18,660 nucleotides of DNA from a virus (taxonomy: Duplodnaviria; Heunggongvirae; Uroviricota; Caudoviricetes), in the IMG/VR virus record IMGVR_UViG_2648501500_000009, one strand, 5' to 3'. A program made the position numbers and the translations under genes. Under the pieces are notes generated by a model. That model worked only from the letters and a program-made list of their open reading frames with translations, was not told the origin of the DNA and ran no database searches. Shown here in pieces: positions 1-7,592 of the stretch (the first letter of the stretch is position 1; each line of letters opens with the position of its first letter).

Positions 1-293
1 CCCCGGCAGACCAGCCACCAGGACAGTGCACTTTTTATCTGCAGCCGCCGGTCGGCCTCGCTCAGCCAGGGCAGACCACCGGGATGACTGTGGACCAGTG
101 CCACAATCTCCCCCTGCATCTCTGCCCGCAGCCAGTCTTCCGGTGCAATACGAAAATACGCCTCCGGCTCTGCAGAGATATTCACACAAGGGATATACCG
201 CTCCCCCTCCGGCGTTCTCACCACGAAGCCGCACGACTCCGCAGGCACACACCGCCGGGCATGCGCCAGAATCGCTGATTCAGTCTGTGTCAT
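1..293 (-). CDS. K: Tail assembly protein K (JAB/MPN + NlpC/P60 family), N-terminal ~97 codons only; C-terminus beyond window edge
   Basis: Minus-strand translation from ATG at 293 reads MTQTESAILAHARRCAPAESCGFVV...VALVHSHPGGLPWLSEADRRLQ, which I recognise as very close to lambda gpK and carries a JAMM-type H-x-H-x7-S-x2-D motif (HSHPGGLPWLSEAD). Not in the ORF track because it is truncated. Confidence 0.85.
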   Translation of the reverse strand, partial: MTQTESAILAHARRCVPAESCGFVVRTPEGERYIPCVNISAEPEAYFRIAPEDWLRAEMQGEIVALVHSHPGGLPWLSEADRRLQIKSALSWWLVCR

Positions 294-303
294 AAACCGG
301 GAT

Positions 304-1002
304 TTACTGCGAAAGTTTATTAATGGAAAGGAAACCGCCAAAATTAGCCACCATGCCGCGCATCTCACACCCGCGCATGCACTTGCTGCATCTGTCCTTA
401 CGGATATCGGTGGTGGGTTTATCGAACTCATCCGCCACAGCCCCGCCCGTGTAACCACACTCATCAGAGCGGTAGGTCCACATACAGGTGTTCGCCAGCA
501 TGATGCGACCGGGAAACAGCGCCCCGTCCGTCTCGGTCGGTGTGGCCAGCACAAACGAGGCCGTCATGGCCGTCAGCGATGACATCTGCTCCACCACCCA
601 CCGGTCAGTCAGCTCCTGCTCCGGGTCGGCCTCCGGATTGCCTGCCACAAAGTTCACCGCATCCAGAAAACGCGCATACACCCGGCGGCGGACCACCGTG
701 GCACCCACCAGGCTCTGCAAATCCTCCGCCATCCCGGTGACAAGACCGAACAGATTGGACACCGTCAGCGACGGGCGGGCACTGCTGCCCTTTCCGTTCA
801 TCTCAAAGCCACTGCCCTCAATCGGGTACGCCTGATATTGCCGCCCCTGCCAGGTCACCGGCTCCCTTTTTTCATTCAGCTCATTGCAGAAAAAATACCG
901 CTCACCGCCCTGCACCGTCAGGTCGATTTCCCAGAGCACCACCCGCGGTGACTGCTCTGACTTAACCGACTCGTTCAGGCTTTCTTCGTGAATATCCTGC
1001 AT
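304..1002 (-). CDS. L: Minor tail protein L (tail tip complex)
   Basis: 232 aa, same length as lambda gpL and alignable along its length from memory (MQDI...WEIDLT..GGERYFFCNE...GFLSINKLSQ); start overlaps M stop (TGATG). Confidence 0.9.
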   Translation of the reverse strand: MQDIHEESLNESVKSEQSPRVVLWEIDLTVQGGERYFFCNELNEKREPVTWQGRQYQAYPIEGSGFEMNGKGSSARPSLTVSNLFGLVTGMAEDLQSLVGATVVRRRVYARFLDAVNFVAGNPEADPEQELTDRWVVEQMSSLTAMTASFVLATPTETDGALFPGRIMLANTCMWTYRSDECGYTGGAVADEFDKPTTDIRKDRCSKCMRGCEMRGMVANFGGFLSINKLSQ

Positions 1003-1343
1003 CAGTTCACCACCTGCTCAATCGTACAGCTGAAATCACTGTACCGGGCATTATCCGTGACACTCCACTCACGGCACACAACCCTCACCGTCCGGTTATG
1101 TTTCGGCGGTCGCCACAAAAAGGCACGGTAACCACCATGCCACGATAAAAACTCTTCCAGCCAGCGCCGGGTTGACTCATCCGTCACCCGGAACACCGCC
1201 TGAAACGTCTTCAGTTGAGGATTCAGCCCTGTGGGGCGGCGCTGTTCATAACCGTCACCAAACCGCACCCTCACCACCGACGGCTTCTCACTCACCTGCA
1301 TCCCTTCACGCGGGACCAGATGCAGCGTTTTTATCTCAGCCAC
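1002..1343 (-). CDS. M: Minor tail protein M
   Basis: 113 aa, positioned between tape measure and L as in lambda; start overlaps the 3' end of H. Confidence 0.85.
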   Translation of the reverse strand: MAEIKTLHLVPREGMQVSEKPSVVRVRFGDGYEQRRPTGLNPQLKTFQAVFRVTDESTRRWLEEFLSWHGGYRAFLWRPPKHNRTVRVVCREWSVTDNARYSDFSCTIEQVVN

Positions 1344-4300
1344 TCAGCATTCCTCCGTCACGTCGCATGGACAGCATCACCGCCTGCACCCGCTGGTCAA
1401 TCAGCTGCACAAGACTGCCTGCCGCCTCCGGCCCTATCTGGCCATTAGTCCCGTCATTCTGAATGGCGATATGGTAGACCGGGGAATACACCAGACCCGC
1501 ACTGCCGTTCATACTACCCACCGCGCGCACACCCAGCGAGCCATCCGCCGCCCGCGTCAGAGGCATAATGGCTTCAGGTCCGGCCTCCCCCATCAGCCCG
1601 GCCCCTTTTGCAAAGGCAAAGTACGTGGGCGTATCCACAATACTGTTGCTGTACGCACTCAGGTTTGCCGAGGTATACACGCCGCCTTTTGCATTGGCCA
1701 CCGCTCCGCCCAGCCAGTCACCAATGCTGCCGAGAAATCCTCCCGCACCGGACATACCGTTTGCCGCCGTCTTAATTCCGTTGACAATCGCGGCATTCAT
1801 AAGAACTTTTGATATTTCCTGCAGCACTGATGAGGCCCAGCTGCGCCATTCCACTTTATTTCCGTTCAGCATCTCCGTGATGTTATTCACCATCCCTGAG
1901 ATACCCTCCGTCGCAAGCTGTGCTGCCTGTGAGGCGTAATCGGACGCATTATCCACCCAGTTACTGAATCCCTCCTGCAGCCCTTTCTGCCAGTCCGCAC
2001 GCTGCGCATCCGATTCGGCATAAAAGGCTTCCTGCTCTTTCAGACGTTCACTCAGATACTGTGCATTCTGCGCCAGAGCCTGTCTGTAAAAATCCTCACT
2101 GATATCCCCGGTCTGATACTGAGACTGAAGGTCCGCATCCTTCTGGCGGAAGCTGTCGCGGATCTGCTGCAACTCCCGCATGCGTTCTCTGGCTCGTTCC
2201 CCCTGCCCGTACCCCAGCAGTTCAGCATCATTCGACGCACGCGCAGCCGCATTCTCATTCTTCAGTGTCTCTTCCCGGGATCGCAACTGTTCCCGGATTT
2301 TTTGCTGGTCAATCAGGGCCGCATTACGCAGCAGCTCCTGCTTCTGCATCTCCGTCAGGGTTTTCAGTTCGCCCTGCGCAGTCTGGTATTTCAGCTTCGC
2401 CAGCTCTGTATTCTGCCCCACCAGTGCCAGTTGCTCTTTCTGCTGCTTCAGCAGCCGGGAAAAACTGTCTTCCGCTTTTTCCGTCTCTGATTTTCCACCC
2501 CGGGATTTGGGTTTATTCGCCTCGTTATTGCGCCAGGCTTCCAGGGCATTACTGATATAACGTTGTCTCGCCTCCTGATACGGATCACCCACAAAACCGA
2601 GGTCATCCGCCGCATACCCCAGCCGGACACGCTCTTTTTCTTCCCCTTTCAGTCTGGACAGGGCCAGCTCACGCTCTGTTTTTGTCAGGGCACTCTGCTG
2701 TTTATCATCCAGGGTGGCCTGTGGCAGCCGTAACGGCACATTCACCAGTCCCTGCCGCTGCTGAAGCAGTTCATTCCCCAGCCCCAGCAGACGGTTAAAT
2801 TCCGTATGCTGAACATTCATCTGCAGCAATGCCTGGTATGCTCTGTTCTGCTCTGCTGCCTCCTCGCGTATCCTCGCCACACGGTTGTATTCCAGTGACG
2901 CCAGAGCTTCCTGTACAGACTTCGCCTTTTCCTGCATCTGTGTCAGTCGTGACTGTTCAACCGCCAGTTTGCCAGTTGCCTCCGCAAGGCCGTGGGTTAT
3001 AATCTCCACACCTGAACCACCCTGTGGATTTTCCTGCAGCCAGCGCTGATAGTCAGCAATCTGTGTTTTCAGTCCCCGGACTTTACTTTCCTGCTCAGCA
3101 ATCAGACGATTCTGCTCTTCCAGTGCCTCGCGAGTTTTACCCTCATTATCAGCCAGTTCCGGAAGGGTCATTCCCGGTACCTTTGCCCGGATTTCATCAA
3201 TCGTCGATGCATACTGACGGGCGGACTCCCTGGCCTGTTCCTGATTCTGGTACACCGTGTACCAGGCACCGGCTCCCAGCATCAGTAAACCGGGTATCCC
3301 GCCGACAAGCGAAAGCAGGGATGCCGCGCCACTTTTCAGCATTCCCGTAACCGACGTGGCATTCTCCAGCGCCTTCCTCGAGGCCGCCACCGCCTGATTC
3401 GACTGTACCAGTGCGGCATTGGCCACAATCATGGCCCGGCGTTTTGCGACGGCATTCTGTGTGGCCAGCGCCTCCGCACTGCTATTTCTGGCCAGTGCAA
3501 GTTCAGCCTGTGCCAGTTGCCAGGCACGTTCTGCCGCCAGCGCGTCAGCTGCCGCCTTACGCTGCACCTGAACAGCCGCATCTGCCTGTGCGGCTGCAAG
3601 GGCAACCGTCCCGGACTTCGCCGCGATCAGCTCTGTGGTGGCCTTTCCCACGCCTGCGGCCATATTGCCAAAGTACCGGGCCACCCCGACGGCAACCAGC
3701 GCCCCCGCGGCTGTTGCCACATTATCAATATTACCGGCAACACCGTTCAGCACGCCGGAGAGCGTTTTCGTCGCTCCGCTGGCTTCATTCGCGCCACCCA
3801 CCCAGGCCATAAAGGCGTTTTCCACCTTTGTGATCCCGTCAGAGACCGTTTCCGGCATGGCGGCATATTCATCACGCAATACCCCCAGCTGGCTGATTAA
3901 CGCAGGAACGACTTTATCCGCCGTCAGTTTGCCGTCGTCCGCCATCGCCTTAAGGTCTTTACGGGCCACGCCCATACCCGCAGCCAGTGCACGTATGATC
4001 CGGTCTCCGCTTTCATTGACCGAATTAAATTCCTCACCCCGTAACACACCCTGTGCCAGCGCCTGGCTGAACTGGGTGATCACCGAGCCCGCCTCTGCCG
4101 TACTGGCACCGGATATTTTCAGCCCTGTCGAAATGGCCTCCGTCACCTTCAGTACATCACCGGCACTGTAACCATATTCACGCATTGAGGCAGCCGAACG
4201 GGCAAACAGGGCCGCATTATCCGAAAATGCCGTGCCTGTCCGCTGGCTGATATCCATCAGCACTTTCTGTGATGACGAAAATTCATCAGATGACTGCGAC

Positions 4301-4602
4301 GCCTGTTTCAGACGGGCATTCACGGAACTCCACTCATCAGCCAGTGAAATCAGGTGTCCGGTGGCAAAGGCACCGGCAAATGCGCCAGCCATTCCGACAG
4401 CAGAACCGCGAATTTCCGTCAACTGGCTGTTCAGTTCTGCCAGGGCACGTCGCTGCTCCCGGGCTGCCGCAGCGGCCTGACGCCCGCCATTCTGCAGGGT
4501 CCGGTAATATTCACTGCCCATACGGGACGCCCGCTGGATCTCCGACTGGAATGACTGTGAATTTGCCGAAATTTTGATAATCAGTTCACGTAACGTCGCC
4601 AT
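1336..4602 (-). CDS. H: Tail tape measure protein (lambda gpH family), 1088 aa
   Basis: Long Ala/Gln/Glu-rich coiled-coil protein; C-terminus IAIQNDGTNGQIGPEAAG...MRRDGGMLSG matches the lambda gpH C-terminus (NNDGTNGQIGP...MRDGGLFSGGGR); RBS GGAGAAAGG upstream of ATG at 4602. Confidence 0.9.
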   Translation of the reverse strand: MATLRELIIKISANSQSFQSEIQRASRMGSEYYRTLQNGGRQAAAAAREQRRALAELNSQLTEIRGSAVGMAGAFAGAFATGHLISLADEWSSVNARLKQASQSSDEFSSSQKVLMDISQRTGTAFSDNAALFARSAASMREYGYSAGDVLKVTEAISTGLKISGASTAEAGSVITQFSQALAQGVLRGEEFNSVNESGDRIIRALAAGMGVARKDLKAMADDGKLTADKVVPALISQLGVLRDEYAAMPETVSDGITKVENAFMAWVGGANEASGATKTLSGVLNGVAGNIDNVATAAGALVAVGVARYFGNMAAGVGKATTELIAAKSGTVALAAAQADAAVQVQRKAAADALAAERAWQLAQAELALARNSSAEALATQNAVAKRRAMIVANAALVQSNQAVAASRKALENATSVTGMLKSGAASLLSLVGGIPGLLMLGAGAWYTVYQNQEQARESARQYASTIDEIRAKVPGMTLPELADNEGKTREALEEQNRLIAEQESKVRGLKTQIADYQRWLQENPQGGSGVEIITHGLAEATGKLAVEQSRLTQMQEKAKSVQEALASLEYNRVARIREEAAEQNRAYQALLQMNVQHTEFNRLLGLGNELLQQRQGLVNVPLRLPQATLDDKQQSALTKTERELALSRLKGEEKERVRLGYAADDLGFVGDPYQEARQRYISNALEAWRNNEANKPKSRGGKSETEKAEDSFSRLLKQQKEQLALVGQNTELAKLKYQTAQGELKTLTEMQKQELLRNAALIDQQKIREQLRSREETLKNENAAARASNDAELLGYGQGERARERMRELQQIRDSFRQKDADLQSQYQTGDISEDFYRQALAQNAQYLSERLKEQEAFYAESDAQRADWQKGLQEGFSNWVDNASDYASQAAQLATEGISGMVNNITEMLNGNKVEWRSWASSVLQEISKVLMNAAIVNGIKTAANGMSGAGGFLGSIGDWLGGAVANAKGGVYTSANLSAYSNSIVDTPTYFAFAKGAGLMGEAGPEAIMPLTRAADGSLGVRAVGSMNGSAGLVYSPVYHIAIQNDGTNGQIGPEAAGSLVQLIDQRVQAVMLSMRRDGGMLSG

Positions 4603-4616
4603 TCACCTTTCTCCGG

Positions 4617-4644
4617 GCAAAAAAAACCTGCCACAGCAGGTTTT
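4617..4644 (-). terminator. Intrinsic-terminator-like hairpin between T frame and H
   Basis: Minus strand AAAACCTGC-TGTG-GCAGGTTTT followed by a T run (plus strand A8 at 4619-4626); sits between the T-frame stop (4654) and the H RBS. Confidence 0.5.
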
Positions 4645-4653
4645 CATCATTAT

Positions 4654-4967
4654 TTATGACATTGCTGCAAGGCTCAGCGCGTCTTCCAGCGCCGCAAACG
4701 GATCCACCTCCGGCTTATCCTCATCCTCGCCCCAGCAGAGCATGGCGTCCTTCAGTGCAACATTCATCCCCTGTGCCCCGAAAACCGCTTTCACGATCTG
4801 TGCATTACGGATATCCCCGCGCTCATCACCCAGCGGGGATACCCTGTCGAACTCCATCCACATCATCGCCTCGCTCGCACTCAGGCTGTGCCGCAGTTCG
4901 GATAAGGTGCGCCCCAGACGGAGCGCAAGTCGCATCAGAAAGCGAATTTCCGGGCGGGCTACTTTTT
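4654..4967 (-). CDS. T: T portion of tail assembly chaperone fusion G-T, reached by -1 frameshift from G
   Basis: The -1 frame opens at the slippery site at the end of G and runs K-K-V-A-R-P-E-I-R-F-L-M-R-L-A-L-R-L-G... to the stop at 4654; position immediately upstream of the tape measure matches the lambda G/GT arrangement. Confidence 0.7.
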
Positions 4968-5333
4968 TCTGGCCGACTCTGCATCAGCGATCAGTTCCAG
5001 TGCCTGACGCAGCAACCGGGCATGTACCGGACCATAGACGGCCAGCACCTGCTCACGGTCGTCCGGAGTGAACACCCGTTGCAGGTCAGTATCACACAGG
5101 ACATCGCAGAACAGCGTCACATCCGCTTCCAGGTTACGGCGGGTTTTCGCCACCACCGACAGGGTATCGTCATCCTCTCCATCACCATTGAGCACTTCCT
5201 GCCACAGATACCAGGCCTCTGCCGAAGGCTCCCGCAGCACCACGCTGACATTTCTCCATTCCGGCACCTTCACCGTTTTATGACGGAACCCCGACAGTCT
5301 GGCCAGCGCCAGTGTTTTCAGATCTTTTGCCAT
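4959..5333 (-). CDS. G: Tail assembly chaperone G (124 aa, acidic)
   Basis: Position between major tail gene and tape measure; acidic small protein ending in the slippery site; start overlaps the V stop region. Confidence 0.75.
   Translation of the reverse strand: MAKDLKTLALARLSGFRHKTVKVPEWRNVSVVLREPSAEAWYLWQEVLNGDGEDDDTLSVVAKTRRNLEADVTLFCDVLCDTDLQRVFTPDDREQVLAVYGPVHARLLRQALELIADAESARKK
4962..4968 (-). promoter_or_regulatory. Programmed -1 ribosomal frameshift slippery heptamer A_AAA_AAG (G to G-T)
   Basis: The last codons of G read AGA AAA AAG TAG on the minus strand, giving X XXY YYZ = A AAA AAG (the dnaX-type slip site); the -1 frame continues open into T. Confidence 0.7.
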
Positions 5334-5338
5334 AAGCC

Positions 5339-6055
5339 TTATCCGCCCGCACCATTAACCGTTACTGTACACGCATCAGAGGTAATGCTCTGCGGCTGTT
5401 CTGCAGAATCCGTTACCTCGCAGGTATAAGCCCCCTTATCACCTGACTGCGTATTGGCTTTACTGAAAGTGTCAGTAGTCTGTCCCTCTACCGGCTGACC
5501 ATCCTTCTTCCAGGCGTGTTTATAAGGCGGCGTTCCCCCGTTGACACTGACTGACATTGTCAGCAGCGCACCGGTATTCACGGTAAGTGTCTTCTCCAGA
5601 TTTTTCACAAACGCCAGCGGTACCACATAGGACACCGGTTTACCCTTCAGGCGAAGTGAAAACGTTGCAGCCACCACGCCGTTGGTACCGGATGACCAGG
5701 TGTGCTGACGCACTTCCGCCAGGAACTTAAAGCCCTTACCGGACGGAAACTGCACCTTAAACGCATACACCGTGTCATTGTCATAGGCATCACGCAGGGC
5801 GTTCTGGGCCTGATTCAGATAAAAATTACCCGACATGGAAATCTCGGACGACGCCCCCAGACCGTTGATGTTCTCCTGCTCTGTGGAGCAGAGCGTGGTC
5901 ACATCAATATCCTGTTTCTGACCGGCGGTGAACTGGACTTCCTTGATGGTGCAGTCCAGGCGCAGATATTCCGCCTTATCCATAGTTTCAGCAGTCGCCG
6001 GGGCAGATGAAATCATCACCTGCGTCAGCTGTGAGCGTTCATACAAAGCAGACAT
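5339..6055 (-). CDS. V: Major tail protein V with C-terminal Ig-like domain (238 aa from the RBS-supported ATG)
   Basis: AGGAGG-containing RBS (tcaggaggcagaATG) precedes MSALYERSQ...; the ORF-track start at 6124 is a GTG extension that runs through a terminator hairpin. C-terminal ~80 aa (PPYKHAWKKDGQPV...GAYTCEVTDSA) has an I-set Ig-like signature as on lambda gpV. Confidence 0.8.
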   Translation of the reverse strand: MSALYERSQLTQVMISSAPATAETMDKAEYLRLDCTIKEVQFTAGQKQDIDVTTLCSTEQENINGLGASSEISMSGNFYLNQAQNALRDAYDNDTVYAFKVQFPSGKGFKFLAEVRQHTWSSGTNGVVAATFSLRLKGKPVSYVVPLAFVKNLEKTLTVNTGALLTMSVSVNGGTPPYKHAWKKDGQPVEGQTTDTFSKANTQSGDKGAYTCEVTDSAEQPQSITSDACTVTVNGAGG

Positions 6056-6068
6056 TCTGCCTCCTGAT

Positions 6069-6093
6069 AATAAAAAACCCGCACGCGGCGGGG
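6069..6093 (-). terminator. Intrinsic-terminator-like hairpin just upstream of V RBS
   Basis: Minus strand CCCGC-CGCGT-GCGGG followed by TTTTTTATT, located between the stop of the upstream gene (6121) and the V start. Confidence 0.5.
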
Positions 6094-6120
6094 TATGGGT
6101 TTTGTAGAAAAAAGAAAAAG

Positions 6121-6465
6121 TCACACCGTGACCTGAAACTCCAGGGTTGCACGGTAACAGCGGTTTTCCGGAATATAGTCCTGCATTTCACTGACGGATC
6201 CCGGGGCCAGCAGCATTATGGCTTCACGGGCGTCCTGACGTATCTGACGCGCCTGCGTCACAGTCCCGGCATAAACGTCTATCTGCACCGACACTGAGGA
6301 CTCCGCCTGCCCGCCCATCACGTCCGCCGACACCGATGAAATCAGGCTGAAAACCACCCACGGAAGCGCCACCGACGGCCTGCCATCCAGCAGGGGGACC
6401 ACATACGGGTACACCTGCCCGCCGGCAAGATGCGCCAGATGAGGATACAAATCCGCCTCCGTCAT
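6121..6465 (-). CDS. Tail terminator / tail completion-like protein (positional analogue of lambda gpU)
   Basis: 114 aa, immediately upstream of the major tail gene and translationally coupled (start overlaps the preceding stop); family assignment (DUF3168-like) is from general resemblance only. Confidence 0.55.
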   Translation of the reverse strand: MTEADLYPHLAHLAGGQVYPYVVPLLDGRPSVALPWVVFSLISSVSADVMGGQAESSVSVQIDVYAGTVTQARQIRQDAREAIMLLAPGSVSEMQDYIPENRCYRATLEFQVTV

Positions 6466-6908
6466 CGTCTCAGTACCTCATCAATGGCCCGGTTCATCCG
6501 AGCAATCGCCACCTGAGCTGCCTGTTCACTGCGCACATCAAATGCCGGGCGCACAAACGGGTGCGGTGGCATATTCACGGTCCCCATTTCCACAAACCGC
6601 CAGTAGAAAGCATTGCGCGGGTTATCCGCCTTCATGGTGTTATCGCTGTTACCGGTGTCCGGATTAACACCCCGGATATGCACACCGGATTCCATCCCGC
6701 CATCGCGGGAGCACCGGGAAAGGACCACCACATTGCGGCGCAGTTTTCCCCTGCGTACCGGTGCCCGTGACACCACTTCTTCTTTCAGCACATTCGCACC
6801 CGCACGGGTTGCCTCACGCAGCACCCGGTTATTTTCCGCACCACTCAGAAGCTGCAAATCGCGGCTGATGTCCTCCAGCCCCGAAAAATCCAGCAGGGTT
6901 TCGATCAT
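6462..6908 (-). CDS. HK97 gp10-family neck/tail component protein
   Basis: 148 aa; segment FYWRFVEMGT...HPFVRPAF resembles the conserved core of HK97-gp10-family proteins; position in the connector gene block. Confidence 0.65.
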   Translation of the reverse strand: MIETLLDFSGLEDISRDLQLLSGAENNRVLREATRAGANVLKEEVVSRAPVRRGKLRRNVVVLSRCSRDGGMESGVHIRGVNPDTGNSDNTMKADNPRNAFYWRFVEMGTVNMPPHPFVRPAFDVRSEQAAQVAIARMNRAIDEVLRR

Positions 6909-7255
6909 TTTTCCCCTCCCAGCCGACAGAGAATTTCCAGACGCCCGCCGGTCGCATCCGGCACGGGCAGCCCGACAACGTTCAGGATCCGGTCACGCCA
7001 TGGACCACTCAGCACATGAAGTCGTGACGCTGCCGTGATTTCCCGGCCGGACTGACCGCGCACCCAGATGCGGATTTCCGCCTGCGCCATTTCCGCACCG
7101 GACTGCATCCGCTCCCGGCTGCTCCTGCCACGGATATCCGCATGAATTTTCCCGCATGACACCCATTCTTCCGTCATTTCTCCGGCAGCATTACGGGTTA
7201 ACACCGGGTTCAGAACACTTATCATCTGTGTCAGACGACCTGCAGATATTGCCAT
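6905..7255 (-). CDS. Head-tail adaptor / head closure protein (SPP1 gp16 / HK97 gp7-like)
   Basis: 116 aa, position after the gp6-like connector; size and pattern typical of head closure proteins. Confidence 0.6.
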   Translation of the reverse strand: MAISAGRLTQMISVLNPVLTRNAAGEMTEEWVSCGKIHADIRGRSSRERMQSGAEMAQAEIRIWVRGQSGREITAASRLHVLSGPWRDRILNVVGLPVPDATGGRLEILCRLGGEK

Positions 7256-7265
7256 TCCTCCCTCC

Positions 7266-7592
7266 TCATAACACCGTCGGACAACGCAAATCGTAAATCA
7301 GCACGGACACAGAAAACGGCAGTTCCCCCTGCACGAGGTCTTCCCGCTCAGCAAGATCCGGATTCCGGTACAGCATCCCGGTCAGTCGCATGGCAGCCCC
7401 CTTCATCCGGGTTAATGCCTCGCCCGGGATCAGCTCACCGTCCTCACGAATCACTTTATCCCGGCTGCCCTGAATGTAGGCCAGCAGCACGGCGGTAGCC
7501 TGACGAACCTTGTCCATCAGCATGTCATCATCCGCGTCATGGTCAACACGCAGATGTGCCTTGATCTCTTCCAGTGTCAGTAATGCCGTCAT
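7266..7592 (-). CDS. Head-tail connector protein (HK97 gp6-like)
   Basis: 108 aa; N-terminus MTALLTLEEIKAHLRVDHDADDDML resembles the gp6-like connector family signature (L-x-E-x-K-x-H-L-R-V-D); start overlaps the stop of the upstream gene (ATGA). Confidence 0.7.
   Translation of the reverse strand: MTALLTLEEIKAHLRVDHDADDDMLMDKVRQATAVLLAYIQGSRDKVIREDGELIPGEALTRMKGAAMRLTGMLYRNPDLAEREDLVQGELPFSVSVLIYDLRCPTVL

Noticed and set aside
26-295. Plus-strand ORFs (89 and 64 aa) at the left edge
   Set aside because: They are antisense to the K-like coding sequence, which is clearly recognisable on the minus strand.
4656-5429. 257-aa plus-strand ORF spanning the G/T/V region
   Set aside because: Antisense to three well-supported tail genes; Pro/Arg/Ser-rich composition typical of antisense frames of GC-rich genes; no RBS.
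5339-6124. Longer 261-aa version of the major tail ORF starting at GTG 6124
   Set aside because: The extension runs through a GC-rich terminator hairpin and poly-A tract; a strong AGGAGG RBS precedes the internal ATG at 6055.
6121-6465. Calling this gene lambda U outright
   Set aside because: Position matches gpU but I could not recognise lambda gpU sequence in it; it looks more like the HK97-side connector set, so only a functional analogy is claimed.
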